Assembly: GCF_006345805.1 (NCBI RefSeq)
Contig: NC_043005.1
Coordinates: 40,734,001 to 40,798,000, forward strand
Direction of reading: 5' to 3'
Origin: Octopus sinensis
Lineage: Eukaryota
Length of the DNA stretch: 64,000 nucleotides
Shown here one piece after another: positions 49,884 to 63,380 of this stretch. The position numbers were made by a program, and so were the translations under genes. The first letter of the stretch is position 1. Every line of letters starts with the position of its first letter. Below the pieces are notes generated by a model that had not been told where the DNA came from, did not search any database, and worked only from the letters and a program-made list of their open reading frames with translations.

Positions 49884-51992
49884 AAGAAGAAAGAAAAACA
49901 AAAGCAAAATTCCCAAGAACAACCAAGGAAAACTTCAAAATAAAAATAAAAACAAACACCAGGACAAGAAAGACCTCTAATAATGAAGAAACCAGAAATA
50001 GAAGAAGGAAAAAACACACACGGATGTATAAATTTTACCTCAAAGTTGTCTGCTGGCACAGAGACAATGACACAAACTGATTTCATACTTATTTGTATAA
50101 AACACTGCTGCATATCAAGTTCTACATCTTTTATTCCCTATTTACATAATTATTTGTTACTACTAAATACACAAACTAGCCTTCATTGAAAAATCATTCA
50201 GCCCCATCTACTCTTTCTCTTATCACAGAGTCTTCTTAACTTTTGTTGCTTTCCACCAGAACTATTAATTTATCTGGAAGAATGAGGCACATTTTTAAAT
50301 GATTGATTCTGCGTGTGTCTCTAGAAGAAACCAAAGTTCATATGGCACACATCTCTAAATTCCATGAAGTAAAAAAAGAAAAACACAGCAAAATGAAATA
50401 ATGCACCCAGTGGGAAGTATTTCTCAAAGTTTACCAGATACTATATGAAAATGTATTCAGTATTTCTTTCAGGTCAACAAAGGCTGAAAATCATGTCCTC
50501 TTGTTGAAACTTGTAAACAACTGTCAGTCTTTGGCTTCTATCTCAAACAATTACAATGTTATGTGCTTAATAGCAACAAAAACATCAACGAAATACAAGG
50601 AAAAAAAACTTGAAAAACTGAACCAAAAATTGTATTCTTTCAATTGTTGTATACACACTAGTAATTTCTAAATTTTGTTACAGCATGAGTAAATAAGTTT
50701 TCAGATGCAGAATTAATTCACCATTTGCTATATGTTATGGTGAACCTTCAATGTTTTTTGACATTACAGTACATAGTACAAGTGAATTGGGGGGGGGAAG
50801 CTTTACAACTTTTTATTTCCTTCACTATAAATATAAGAGTTTGTGGTTATCTAAGTATGTATGTGTGTGGAGCTTTGTAAAAAGAAGACAAGACATTACA
50901 TCAATATTATCAAGCAAATGTACATTTTTTTTTACACCTAGTTGCTTCTCACTGTTAGTGCATTAATAACGCATGAGAATGTAGAGATTATTAAGAAACA
51001 CATATGTACATATAAGCAAACAATGTCCTACAAACACATATACAATATATACACACACACAAATTTCTGTTTTTTTTTAACCCTGAGGCTATATAATGTG
51101 GTTACTGACCAGATGTTACAACATTTATTCTTTTCCATCACAACCCTCATTAATTTCTCAGTATGCTTTAACCCCAGGCCTCCTCTGACCAAAGCTGGTA
51201 AAAATGTGACCATTGCATCTTATTTTCAAATACAAAAAAATATTCACATTATTCAATGAGTCTATTTTTTGTTTTTTGGACAGTAGGGTATGATTTGAGG
51301 GATGTTTGGTTGTTATTTGTAGTAGGTCAAGCTGCAAAGGAACCTCCCCTTTTGGCTCACTGCAAATCTATATCAACTTCCCTATGGTATAGCACAGTAG
51401 CTCTCAACCTTTCGTAGCTCAGTATCCCCTTTCACGGAATGGTCTTACAAACTCATAACTTATGCTTTGAAAAGAAATTGCAGATTATTTTGATTGATTA
51501 AAAGCAGATTTTGTACAGTAGTTTCTTATCTATATTTTCTTATAGCTTTCTATCAGTATGTGCCTCATTGTAGGTGCTGCAAGGGCTAGTACATCTTATG
51601 GCAATTGTTTTATGGATCTTACTAAAGAAGATAAGAACTTATGTAATAAAATTACGTTGGACCTTGCCACATCAGTCACATTTTTCTGCTCAGTGACATA
51701 ACACAAAGAAAAACATTTAGGAGAAAATGTTTAAAGTATAATTATCATACAGAGCTTAAATGTTGTGTTTCTAAGAAAAATCACGACTCATCTAAACATC
51801 CAGGGCTTCTGTTAAAATTTTCTCCCTCCTTGCGAGCTCACGGTGCCAAGACCCTCTCTGTGCAATGAAGTGATGCTATCCAAGTTATGCATACAGACCA
51901 ATTATGGAAACATCCTTACAATTCAACCAATGATGCATGCATGTATGTACATGTGCATGCACACACACACACAAATATATACATACATTATC

Positions 51993-52840
51993 ATAAAGTT
52001 GGTGCAAAAATAATTGTGCTTTTTGTTAAACTTTGATGCTTATTTTAGAATAAATTTTTATTTGCCTATGCTCAAGTAATATATTATTTTGAAGTGCCTA
52101 TTTTATTCTTTTCTAATGGTTTTGCATTATCTGTTTCCTCTGGTATATTTTAGGCTGTTGAAATTAAAAATACAAAAAAAAAAAAAAAAGCACATTCAAG
52201 CAATTTTATTATACATAAATTCAAAATGGAATCCTAAGCAGTAGAAACTGCTCACAGTACTGGACAAACATTTAGCGAAGGGGACCATCACAAACATAGT
52301 TTAACATTGGTTCCTAAAATTATGTAATGGAGATAAGAGCCTTGGTGGTGAGGAATGTCATAGGCAACCAGCTGCAGTTATAAACAACCAACTGAAGGCC
52401 ACTACTGAAGACTCATGTAAAGCAACTCAACATTGCTATTCAACAAATGGGGAGGAGAAAACTGCAACTATTTAGTCTGCACTTCTTTTGAATAACAATA
52501 ACATGTTACAATGTGACATGTAGTGAAAAATAGATTCTGTGCAACAATCAATGGTATTTCATGCAATAAATGGACTGAGGTGAAGTACCAAAACACTTTT
52601 CCAGACTGATGTTCCATCAAATAAAGTCTATGGTTACTGTTTGGTGGTTTGCCTGTGCAATCATTGTTTAGCATTTCTTGAACTCTGACAAAACTATCAC
52701 AGCAAAAACAATACCAGGAAACCAATAAAATGCACAAAGAACTGCAATATTTATATCGAACATTATTAAATTGAGAAAGCTCAATTTTTTTCCTTGACAA
52801 TATCTGACTATGGCTGACAAATAACTCCTAGAAACTGTAC
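51993..52840 (+). mobile_element. highly decayed mariner (Hsmar1/cecropia-like)
   Basis: Left-end-like aagttggtgcaaaaataattgtg. Remnants IQAILLYKFKM, VTCSEK*IL, MVTVWW and LDN occur in the expected order. Confidence 0.7.
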
Positions 52841-53896
52841 AAACAAGGCTACAAATCTACCTCCATGATCTTACTCTCTACACCTGTCTCTGACCAACTA
52901 CCACATTTCCACATTTGTTTCCTCCCCTAATAACTTCTGGCAAATGAAAGTCTTTGAAAACCAAGTGTCAGTTCAAAACACCTCAAAAATATTCTTCAGC
53001 TCCATTTTATACTACCAAACTAAAAACTGGTTTCTTGTGGGAATGTTATCAAATCTGAACTTCACAAACAGAACAGATGAAAACAAACAATTGAAAAAGA
53101 AACATAGTGACTAAATCTACTGAACAGAAACACCCAAAAATTGAGAATATGATATAGATCTGGTAAACTACCATATAATAACTGTATCACCATTATCATT
53201 AACTCATTGAGAAACATGCTCCTTCATTTGAGACACACATATATTACTTTCCTCTTGAAATTTTTCCCCAGCAGTTGACTTCAAGTCATTCTCAAGAAAC
53301 ATTTGAACATATTTTTGTTGAGCTTCATCAGAATCTCCAAAAATTTGTAATTTCACATCAGTTGTCGACATTCTATGTCTTCTTTCGTAAACAACTGTGT
53401 CAGAAGTATGTAGCTGCAGCAAGCTTCATGAGTGAAAAAAAAAATGGAAATGAAGAAAAATATTCAAAACAACACTTTAAATAGTGCTGTCTGTTAGCAG
53501 ACATTTGTAAATAGCCTAAGAGTAGCCAACCTATTTTTAGTTTGACTGAATTTTTAGCAATGGATTTGACATTCCTACTATATAGGAGGTCTGAAATTAG
53601 TCGTAAAACCTGATATATTCTTAAATATACTCTACTAGCATTTTTACAAGTCTATGTGAGAGTATAAATGAGACACATTGTTGTATGTGTGTAACAGATG
53701 CTTCTAATGATGGATGATACTCTTCAGGGATTCCAAGTCAACCATTTGCATTTGTTACAATGAGAATGGCCTTTTGTCATAGTCTTTCTAACCAAACCAT
53801 ACAACTGGTTGATAACCTTTTAAGTAGTTTGTATATTGTTTTTGGTAATGCACATTAGAAAGAAATCAGTAGTTTACTTCAGTGTAAAAGTGAATG

Positions 53897-53930
<34 letters not shown>

Positions 53931-56639
53931 AGCCAATGTTTTGGTAAATTATAACCTTTCCTCATCGTCTTATCATCGTCATGGTTTTGTTCTCTTCTAT
54001 GTCATTAATATTCTTTCTGAAAATAAGCACATCATCTATGTATTTGCTTAATATGGATTTTGTTATTTATGGTACAGATAACAAGCTGTTTTTATTGTTT
54101 GAGATTTTCATATCTCTAAACTGCAATACTCCAGTACTCATCATGACATGGAATGATATCACTGGAATTCCTTCTGGATAAATAATATATAATCAAGTGT
54201 GGGCTAATGTAATGTAGTGAGCCAAAGCACGTTTTAACTATTAATATTTCATGCACTAGGCAGAATCATTAGCATGCTGGGTAAAATGCTTAGTTGCATT
54301 TCATCCGTCTTTATGCTCTGAATTAAAATTCCGCTGAGATCAACTTTGCCTTTCATCCTTTTAGGCACTCATAAAATAAGTACCAGTTGAGCAAAGGGTT
54401 CAATGTAATCAACTTACCCCTTGCCCTAAAATTGCTGACCTTGTGCCAAAGTTTGAAATGAATATTTCACCTACCTACCAACTTAAGAGAAAACTCATTA
54501 ACTTCTTGTCGAGAAAGACAATGAAAATAACTGACATTCCAAATGTTCCAAATTTAATGAAGAATGGGTATGTAATAGGGAGTAAATCTAATCTTTTGGC
54601 AAGAGCTCCTTAGTGAAGCACAGTCTTACACATACTTAGATCTTAGAATAATTGAGATACTTCATAACTGAGTAGTTAACAACTTGCACAATCTGCTTCA
54701 AATGACAAAGGGTGTGTTGAATAATGTTGTTCTAGATACATTTGTTTCTGAACATAACATAGTCACAGCTGGAATACCATTGATCATTGCTACTTGGGCT
54801 AATGGAGCAATGCAAGGGGCAGATTTCCTCTCCACTTTATGCTCCCCCATTCAATTTTCAGTTACTTTGAATTTCTGAATTGTCTTCCTTGACTTTCTTG
54901 GCAAGAAACCAAGGATTTTTCTCTTCATTAGTTAGAAAAGTAGCTGTACTATTAAGAGTTTAAGCATTTGTTGATTCAGTATGTTAAATAAAAAATATGC
55001 TTAACTATATATTTATTATGCAGAAGACATTCCTGTGAAATGTTCTCATATCATGACAGTATTGTCAGTTTAGAGATATGAAAATATCAGAAGATAAAAG
55101 ATAGCTCTGTATTTATACCATAAATAACAAAACTCACATTAAATATATCCATAGTATTTACTTTAGATAAGAGTAAAGGCATGAGTACAATAGACTTGAC
55201 ATGAATAGAAGAAGAGTACAAAACTATGAGGACGATAAGGAGGTGACATTAGGTTATAATTTACCAAAACAGTGACCATGTCAGTCCAGTAATCTGTGTG
55301 TGTGAGTGTGTGTGTGTGTATGTGTGTGTGCATGCATGCGCAAACATACTTCAAGTCACTTTTGCACTCAAACAACCAAATAATTTCTTTCTAATGTGCA
55401 TAGTTAAAAAAAAATTCAAACTATTAGTTATCAACCAGTTATGTGACCTGGTGAGATAAGCTATAACAAAGGCCATCCACATCATAATAAATCACATAAT
55501 TTTCAGTGAACCAAATCAAAAGAAGTATTGCTTAGGAGCACAATATGATACTTTTATTAAGACTTTGAACTCATATACTTGAGGTATATTGCCCATCCTC
55601 CTTAGTTTAAAGTATCTTTTATTTATTTCAGTCATTAAAATTTGGCCATGTTGGGGCACCACCTTTTAGAATTTTAGTTAAATGAACTGAACCGAGTACT
55701 TTTTTTTTAAGCCTGGTACATATTCTATCAGCCTCTTATGCCAAACTGCTAAATTACAGGGACATAATCACATCAACACCCATTGACAAGTGGTGGTGTG
55801 GAACAAACACAGACAGACAAACAAATAGACACACGCACATATGATGAGCTTCTTTCTGTTTCCATTGACCAAATCCACTCTCAAGGCTTTAGTCGGTCCA
55901 AGGTTATAGTAGAAATTTTAAAGGTACATAGTTTCAAAGATTCAATAACAAATATGCAGTCATGAAAGAAGCCCCATTTTTTATGTTAATAGAGAAAAGT
56001 ATAGGGATCTGTGTCAGTAAGAGTTAACCATTTGTATATCTACCTACAGGTGTGTATGTGTGTGTGCACGTGCATGCATGCCACTTCAGAGTCAGTATGG
56101 TATGGCTTCAGTGCCATTGTGGGTGTTGCTGTCACAATGGTAAGTGCTGAGACAAATAAGACAAAACATCTCATTCAAGGCTCAAACAGTTCCAACAGTC
56201 CACCCCCACCTCATCTAGATTGGTACTTTTTACCCATCCCTGCAAAGTTGAAAAACAAAGTCAGTCTTGGTGGGATTTGAACTGAGAGTATAGTGCATCA
56301 AAACAGATACGACAAAGCATTCTATCCAACACTTTAACACAATTCGGTCAATTTGCTGCCTCCGTATTAAAGTAAATATCAAATAAACAAACCAGATGAC
56401 ATTTTATCAGTAACTTGACATCTTACTTTACACATGTCACACAGCTGTTGCATTCTGACTTATGTCTGTCAAATGGTTGCATTTCACACAGTCTTGCAAT
56501 ATGTAACTCACATTCCATAACTTGCTGTAGATTACTGCATGCAATATACTCTGTCAACCAATACTTATGCAGCACATACTTTATAGCACAAGGTCCTTAT
56601 CCTGTGCCATAAAGTATATACTGCATACTTGTGCTATAA

Positions 56640-56830
56640 AGTATATACTACATACCTCAGTCTTTATGTAGTATATACATTAAATCCCACAGTCCTTACA
56701 CAGTGTATACATTACATATCAGAATCCTTATGTAGCATACACATTACATACCATAGCCTTTATGCAGTAAACATATACCACAAAGTCCGTATGCAGTATA
56801 CACATACTACACAGCATCAATGTAGTATTA
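56640..56830. repeat. degenerate ~30-bp minisatellite
   Basis: Recurring cagtc(c/t)ttatg(t/c)agtatacacattacatacca-like units. Confidence 0.65.
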
Positions 56831-56867
56831 TAGTTAGCTGCTACAAGGGTAAAGGCTTTAGATAGAA

Positions 56868-59342
56868 ATAACTACAGGGGTATCAAGCTGTTACAGAGGT
56901 AACTACAAAGGTATCAAGCCAATCATGAAAATTACAGAAAGAATTATATCTCAACTGATTAGGGATAGAATTAAGCTACATGAGATGCAGTTTGGTTTTG
57001 TTCCAGGGAGAAGTACCACAGATGCCATCTTCATAGTGAGACAATTGCAAGAAAAGTATTTGACCAAAAGTAAACCATTGTACTTAGCCTTCGTTGACTT
57101 AAAGAAAGCTTTTGACAGGGTTCCCCACTCTCTTATTTGGTGGTCTCTAAGGAAGCTAGGAATAGAGGAGTAGCTTATTAGAGCCATTCAAGCCATGTAC
57201 AGTCAGTAAGGTGAGAGTCAGCTTTGAATACAGTGATGAATTTAGCGTACAAGTTGGAGTTCACCAGGGTTCAGTTCTTAGTTCACTCTTATTCATCATA
57301 GTTCTCTAGGCCATATCAGAGAAATTCAAAACTCAATGCCCATGGGAACTACTACATGTTGATGATCTTGCTCTTATTGCAGAATCTGAAGCAGAATTGG
57401 AGAAGTTCAGGGTTTGGAAACAAAACCTGGAATCAAAGGACCTTAAAGTTAATTTAAAGACTAAAGTTGTTAGCAAGAAAACAAATAAAACTCTCCTTCC
57501 ATCAGGTAAATGGCTCTGCTCAATATGTAGGAAATGAGAGGGATGCAATTCCATTTGCTGCACCAAGTATAAGCTATGGATGCCTAAGAGATGTAGTAGA
57601 ATCATAAGTAGGTTAACAGATAGGATCGCTTTCATGTGTCACAGATACACTGGAACAATAAGTACTAAGGGCACGAGGGACTTAAACTCTCTCAAATGCC
57701 CAAGAGGCTCTCTTGAGGTAGCAGATAGTTTCTGCTATCTAGTTGACCAAATTAATATAGGTGGTGGATGCTCTGAAAGTATTGTTTCTAGAATAAGAAT
57801 AGGATGGAAGAAGATCGGATAGCTACTACCTCTGTTGGACATAAGAGGACTCTATCGCAGAGTGAAAGGCAGATTGTATGATGCCTGTGTGAGAGCAGCT
57901 ATACTACATGGAAGTGAGACATGGGCTAGGACTGCAGAGGACATGCATAGACTGGAGAGGAATGAAGGGAGTATACTCTGCTGGATTTGCACAGCAGTGT
58001 TCATGACTGACAAAGCTCAACTGTGTTGAGAAAAAAGTTAGGTGTAAGAGGGATTCAAGGTGGCATGCAGGAGAAGAGCATGCATTGGTTTGGACATGTG
58101 ATGCGTATATGTGAAGACAGCTGTATAAAGAAGTGCTGAGCACTAAAAGTGGATGGTACCTGTAGAAGGGGGAGACCCAGGAAGACATGGGATGAAGTGG
58201 TGAGGACTGATCTTAAGATGCTGGAGCTCACAAAGGAAATGACAATGGACCGAGATGTTTGATGATATGAGGTTCTAGAGAAGACCCACCCATATCAATG
58301 AAACTGAGTGCTAGAAGAGTTGTGTCCCACCCACATGTAACAACAAACTTTTCACACACCCTACTCCAAGAAACCAAACTATATCTTCTCTTCTAAACAG
58401 CATCTCTCTCACATTTCCTTTTCATAAACTATGATTGTCACTGCAATCCCCATTCCCTACCTTCACCTTCTTGGCAACACTTGACCGTGCATATTATGAC
58501 CTTCGTATCTCGCTTTTCTTTACTGTACCATCACATCTATGCTCTAATATTTGCTACTTGTAAATATATCCTGGCACTTCACCACCTCTCTCCTGCTCTC
58601 TCTTACACTTTTGCTGTTTCCTACTCTCCCCCCCCCTTTCCCTTGCTCTTCCCTCTGACTAGGTAGCCATGTATCTCCTTTACAGCAGCACACCTATTTC
58701 TGCTCTCATTCTTGGTTACTCTCTCTCACTGGATAACCATGTACCTCTTCTATAGCAAGACGCCTATTTCTGCTCTCATTCTTGGTTGCTCTCTCTCTCT
58801 CACTGGATAACCATATACCTCCTCTATAGCAAGACACCTATTTCTGCCTTCCTATCTCTCTGTCACACATCATTTGATACTAGATTACCTCCTCTAATAC
58901 CCACTCTGTTATAGCAAGACACCTGTTTCTGCCTCTCTATCTCTTTGTCACCCTATAACTTTTCATCATCTGACACAAGTTCCCCTCCTCCAATGCCCCT
59001 ACTCCTCTCATAATTCCTTGTCTTGCGAGTTACTTGGTGACCCTACCAGTGCTGGTGTCACATAAGAAGCATTCAGTCCCCACTGTAAAGTAGTTGGAAT
59101 TTGAAAGGGCATCCAGCTGTAAAAATCATGCCGAAACTAACCTTGTCTGTGCTAGTGTGATGTAAAAAGTACAGAGTCCACTCTGCTGAGTGGTTGGTGT
59201 TAAGAAGGGCAACTAGCTGTAAAAACTCTGCCAAAATAGACACAGTAGCGTAGGGTAGTTTTTCTTCCTGGCTAGCTTCTGTGAACTATTCTACCCATGC
59301 TTGCATGGAAGATGGATGTTAAACAATGATGATGATGATGAT
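56868..59342 (+). mobile_element. 5'-truncated RTE-clade LINE: RT, long 3' UTR and (GAT)n tail
   Basis: ORF 56925-57173 reads QFGFVPGRSTTDAIFIVRQLQEKY...FVDLKKAFDRVP; GVHQGSVLS and PWELLHVDDL follow. Ends gcatggaagatggatgttaaacaatgatgatgatg. Confidence 0.92.
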
Positions 59343-59799
59343 ATATATGTATTCAGTTATATAATATGTACATTACATGTTACACAATCTTCAAACTGCT
59401 TCTATGAAATGTCACACAGACCTTTAGTGATTGAAACGCATCACTGTATTCAACTGCTGTAAATATGCACTTCATGTCACAAAGCCTGGTGCAGTGTGCA
59501 TCAAATGCATGAGATGTGCCAAGATATGCAAATGAAACCTAAGTTAAAACAGTAAAAATTACAGCAAGTAAAGAAAGGATTGAGTCAATTTTAAATTATA
59601 AAATATAGAATAAATGGATGAAAAAAAATAATGGGAATCTGGGAAAATGGAGGGCAAAGAGGTATGAAAAAAAGAATAGAGAGAAATAAAGAAAGAAATG
59701 ATTTGAAGGAAATAAAGAAATGATTTAGATGGAAATAAATAGAAGGAAATTAGAAAAGAGAAAAAGAACAAAAATTATATAAGAGAAAAGAAAGAAAAA

Positions 59800-60120
59800 C
59801 GAGGCAGCAAGAGTAATAACAAAAGCAGCATCACTAGCAGTAACGGCTGCTGCACCTCCGCTACCACCATCAATAGTTACTGCACCACCACCATCATCAA
59901 CAGTAATGTACCAACACCTCCAACAATACTGTAGTATACCACCACTACCATCAAGAAAACTATTTTACTGCAACCACCACCGACTGCAGTACTGTATTAT
60001 TACAACCACCACCATAAACAGTAACTGTCTTACCACCTCCACCAACACCAGCATCAATTGCATTACAACCAACAATAACTACAATAACAACAACAGCAAC
60101 ACCAATAACAACAGCATTTC
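59800..60120. repeat. degenerate trinucleotide microsatellite (AGC/ACC/AAC)
   Basis: Runs of cagcag, caccac and aacaac directly visible. Confidence 0.85.
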
Positions 60121-62479
60121 AAAACACTATGTCCTTAATAGAATCTCTAATACAGAGTTGTCTAATGCTGAAAAGAATTAAAGAGTCTGATTGCTTGAAA
60201 GTCAAGGGACATTGCATTGATTCCGTAGGGATTTGGTAGTAATATTAAATGGGATGCTGCAGTCTTTCAGCTTAAGAAACTACATTAAAACAGCTACAAT
60301 GCCAATGGAAGTTTACCAGTGACTCAATCTACCAATCATTTTTCAAATAAATTACAAAAAAAAAACAAAAAACAAGATGAAACAAAAGCAAAAGAATACA
60401 TCTGAAAATATTTTGAAACACTTTGAAAAAAAAACAATAAAAGTGATTTCATGGTGAAAAAGGAAAATCAGGTTAAAGAAGAGAATTTTTTTTTTTTTTC
60501 AAAACCTGTCATTATAATAAGATTAAAAGGAATAAATGGAGACGAAAAAATATATAACAAGGAAGATGAAAGATTTAATAAAGAACAAGAACTATTTGCA
60601 ACAACAGTCTTAGTGGGAGACTGTTTTTTTTTTTGCTTTTTAATGAAACTAGCAATATTATAACTAAACAAAGATATAAACCTACAATTTCCTCTCTAGA
60701 AAACAATTCGAAACAGAAATTTCAACAAATATGTATTTTTTTAAATATTCGTTTAAAAAAAAATAATAAATGGTGGTTGAAAAAGATGAGATCTAACAAA
60801 AGCATACATGTAATTTTAAATTGGAGTCTTCACACACTCACATAGAGTAAAATACAACATGCACAAAGCATATGTGTGTTTATATAAATGTGTGTGTGTG
60901 TGTGTGTGTGTGCATGTACAGAATTTCATGAAAGCATCTGCTGAATCATAAGCCACTTTAAGAGTGCTTAATATCAAAAAGGTGTTTAAAGTAGCATGCA
61001 ATTCTGTCTTAGGAGAGAAAAACTTAGCTCGGAATGGTTATTTATCTTGTGAGAAAAAGCCATTATATAAATGTTTCATAATTCACATCCCTGCTATGAA
61101 CGTCAATATAGCTTTCAATATGGAAGCCTACACACACACACACATAATGCAATAGGGTAGGGATTTGGAATTCAGGCAGATGCCTTATTAGCACTCTGAA
61201 ATAATCCAGATTTGGCTAACCAGTTCAAATGATAGGCAACATACAGAATTGTCAAAGATAAACAGTTACATGATACTTCATTAGATTCCATAACTTACTT
61301 ATACATATATATATATATCTCATCATCATCATTGTCATCATCGTTTAACGTCTGACTTCCATGCTGGCATGGGTGGGATGATTTGAGAGGAAGCCGGCCA
61401 GGCAGAAGCCTGCACCAGACACTGTGTCTGTTTTGGCAGGATTTTTACAGCAGGATGCCCTTTCTAACACCAACCACCCAACAGAGCGGACTGAGTGCAT
61501 ATTACATAGCACAAGCACAGGCGAGGTCAGTTTTGGCAAGTTTTTACAGTTGGATGCCCTTTTAAATGTCAACCACTTTGCAGTGTGGACCGAATGCTTT
61601 TTAAGTGGCACCTGCAGGTCACCAAGTAACTTGCAAGACAAAATATCTTTTGAGAGGAGAGGGGGCACTTGTGTCAGATGATGAAAGGTTATAGTGAAAC
61701 AGAGAGAGGTTGTTGTAGAAGAGGTACAAGGTGAGAGAGAGTAATGATGGGGGACAACATAGACACAAAGACACACACACACAGATACAGATAAACACAC
61801 GCACACACACATATACATAATGGGCTTCTTACAGTTTCCATCTACCAAATGCACTCACAAGGCTTTCGTTGGCCTGAGGTTATAGTAGAAAACACTTGCC
61901 CAAGGTGCCACACAGTGGGACTGAACCCAGCACCATGTGGTTAGGAAGCAAGCTTCTTACCAGACAGTCATGCATTCCCTTCTCTTTTGACTCTTGATGG
62001 AGTTAGAGGGATGCAGTTATGTTGTAAACCAGTCTTTTCCATCTTCCGTGACTGGGTGCCAAAGCTTAGGTCTTCTCTCATGATGTGTGTATGTGTATGT
62101 TTGTGTAATTGACTGATGGAGAAATTGGAGCATTGCAATATTTGCACCAGCTAACAGTACTTGATTTTCAAATCCTGCCAAGTCCAACTTTATATTTAAT
62201 CCCTTTTTGAGATCAATAAAATACCAGCCTTTACTAGTGCAGTGCTCTCTTCTTTTGCCAAGTCAAAAGTAGGAGAGTCAAGGGGATGTCTGTGTCTGCT
62301 TGTGACTACCTGTTCCCATAATGCAATTAATGAAAGCCTACCAAGTGGTTAGCATTAGGAGGAGCATGCAGCTGTAAGAAACTGAACCAAACATTCTATG
62401 GAACCTGGTGTGGCCAGTTCCTGTCAAACTTTCCAACCCATGTCAGCATGGAAAATGGACATTAAATGCTGTCGATGAT

Positions 62480-62851
62480 ATATATATCTCACCAAAAAAT
62501 TCAGGACTTCTTTTCTTATCAGAATGATAAGAGTGAGTTTTCCAAGCTGCTGTACCTTCGTAATTACCATTAGACTCATCCAAATCTTCTCAACTTCTCT
62601 GCACTGTCCTCAGATTGATACCCAAAACACTCTGAAATGTTTGTATTGGAGCTTCCAGTGCAAATGCCAAGCAATACAGCATGTTGTTTTCAAATTTCTG
62701 GCAGGGTGAATTGTGTCATGGTGCTGTTTTTCTCACAGATGGTACCCAACTGATCCTACTATACTGTTTAGTCAATAAATCCAAAACAAACTATGTATAT
62801 GCGCGAAATTAAAAATATAAAGTGGCAACAATTTACCCATTGCACCCTCTG
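62480..62851 (-). mobile_element. 5' fragment of a Tc1/mariner-superfamily element
   Basis: TIR-like cagagggtgcaatgggtaaattg, followed by a frameshifted MTQFTLPEI..HAVLLGI..GSSN..SECFGINLRTVQR..LDESNGNYEGTAAWKTHS..SDKKRSPEF N-terminus. Confidence 0.65.
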
Positions 62852-63034
62852 TGTGTGTGGGTGGGTGTATAAAGAAATGATTAAGATTCAGTTGACTTAT
62901 GTACTTAAATTGAGGCATGAAGTCAGTCTAGTATTATCCACAGAGCTCGAACTAAGGTGAATAAAAACCAAATAAGTAACAAGGATGTCAAGGCATTAAG
63001 GTATTAATACCTTGACATCTTTGTCACTTATTTG

Positions 63035-63069
<35 letters not shown>

Positions 63070-63349
63070 CACACACACATATGGTGGAGAAATTGAACAA
63101 AATGTCTAAATGGATGATGAATAAAGCACTGGTACATTTTTGATTACTTGTTGTTATCAGTAGATTTACTGCAGGACTTTGTAGTGGTGGTTGGGAGAGA
63201 TGGAATTTGTATAAGACTTGGATTTATGTCCAGTTATAACAGAAACAATTTTACATTAATCTGAAGGGTTACACAATACTTATGTAAAGAACAAATATAT
63301 TATGCTTAAACAAGGATATTATTGACCGAGACTTTGAAGTTTCAACCAG

Positions 63350-63380
<31 letters not shown>

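Noticed and set aside
63312-63319. ATATCCTT on the minus strand as donor of the missing STX6 exon
   Set aside because: The adjacent sequence does not encode the conserved EWDLEDL.ETI peptide and runs into (TA)n within about 40 nt. No STX6 exon 1 or 2 was found in 46160-64000.
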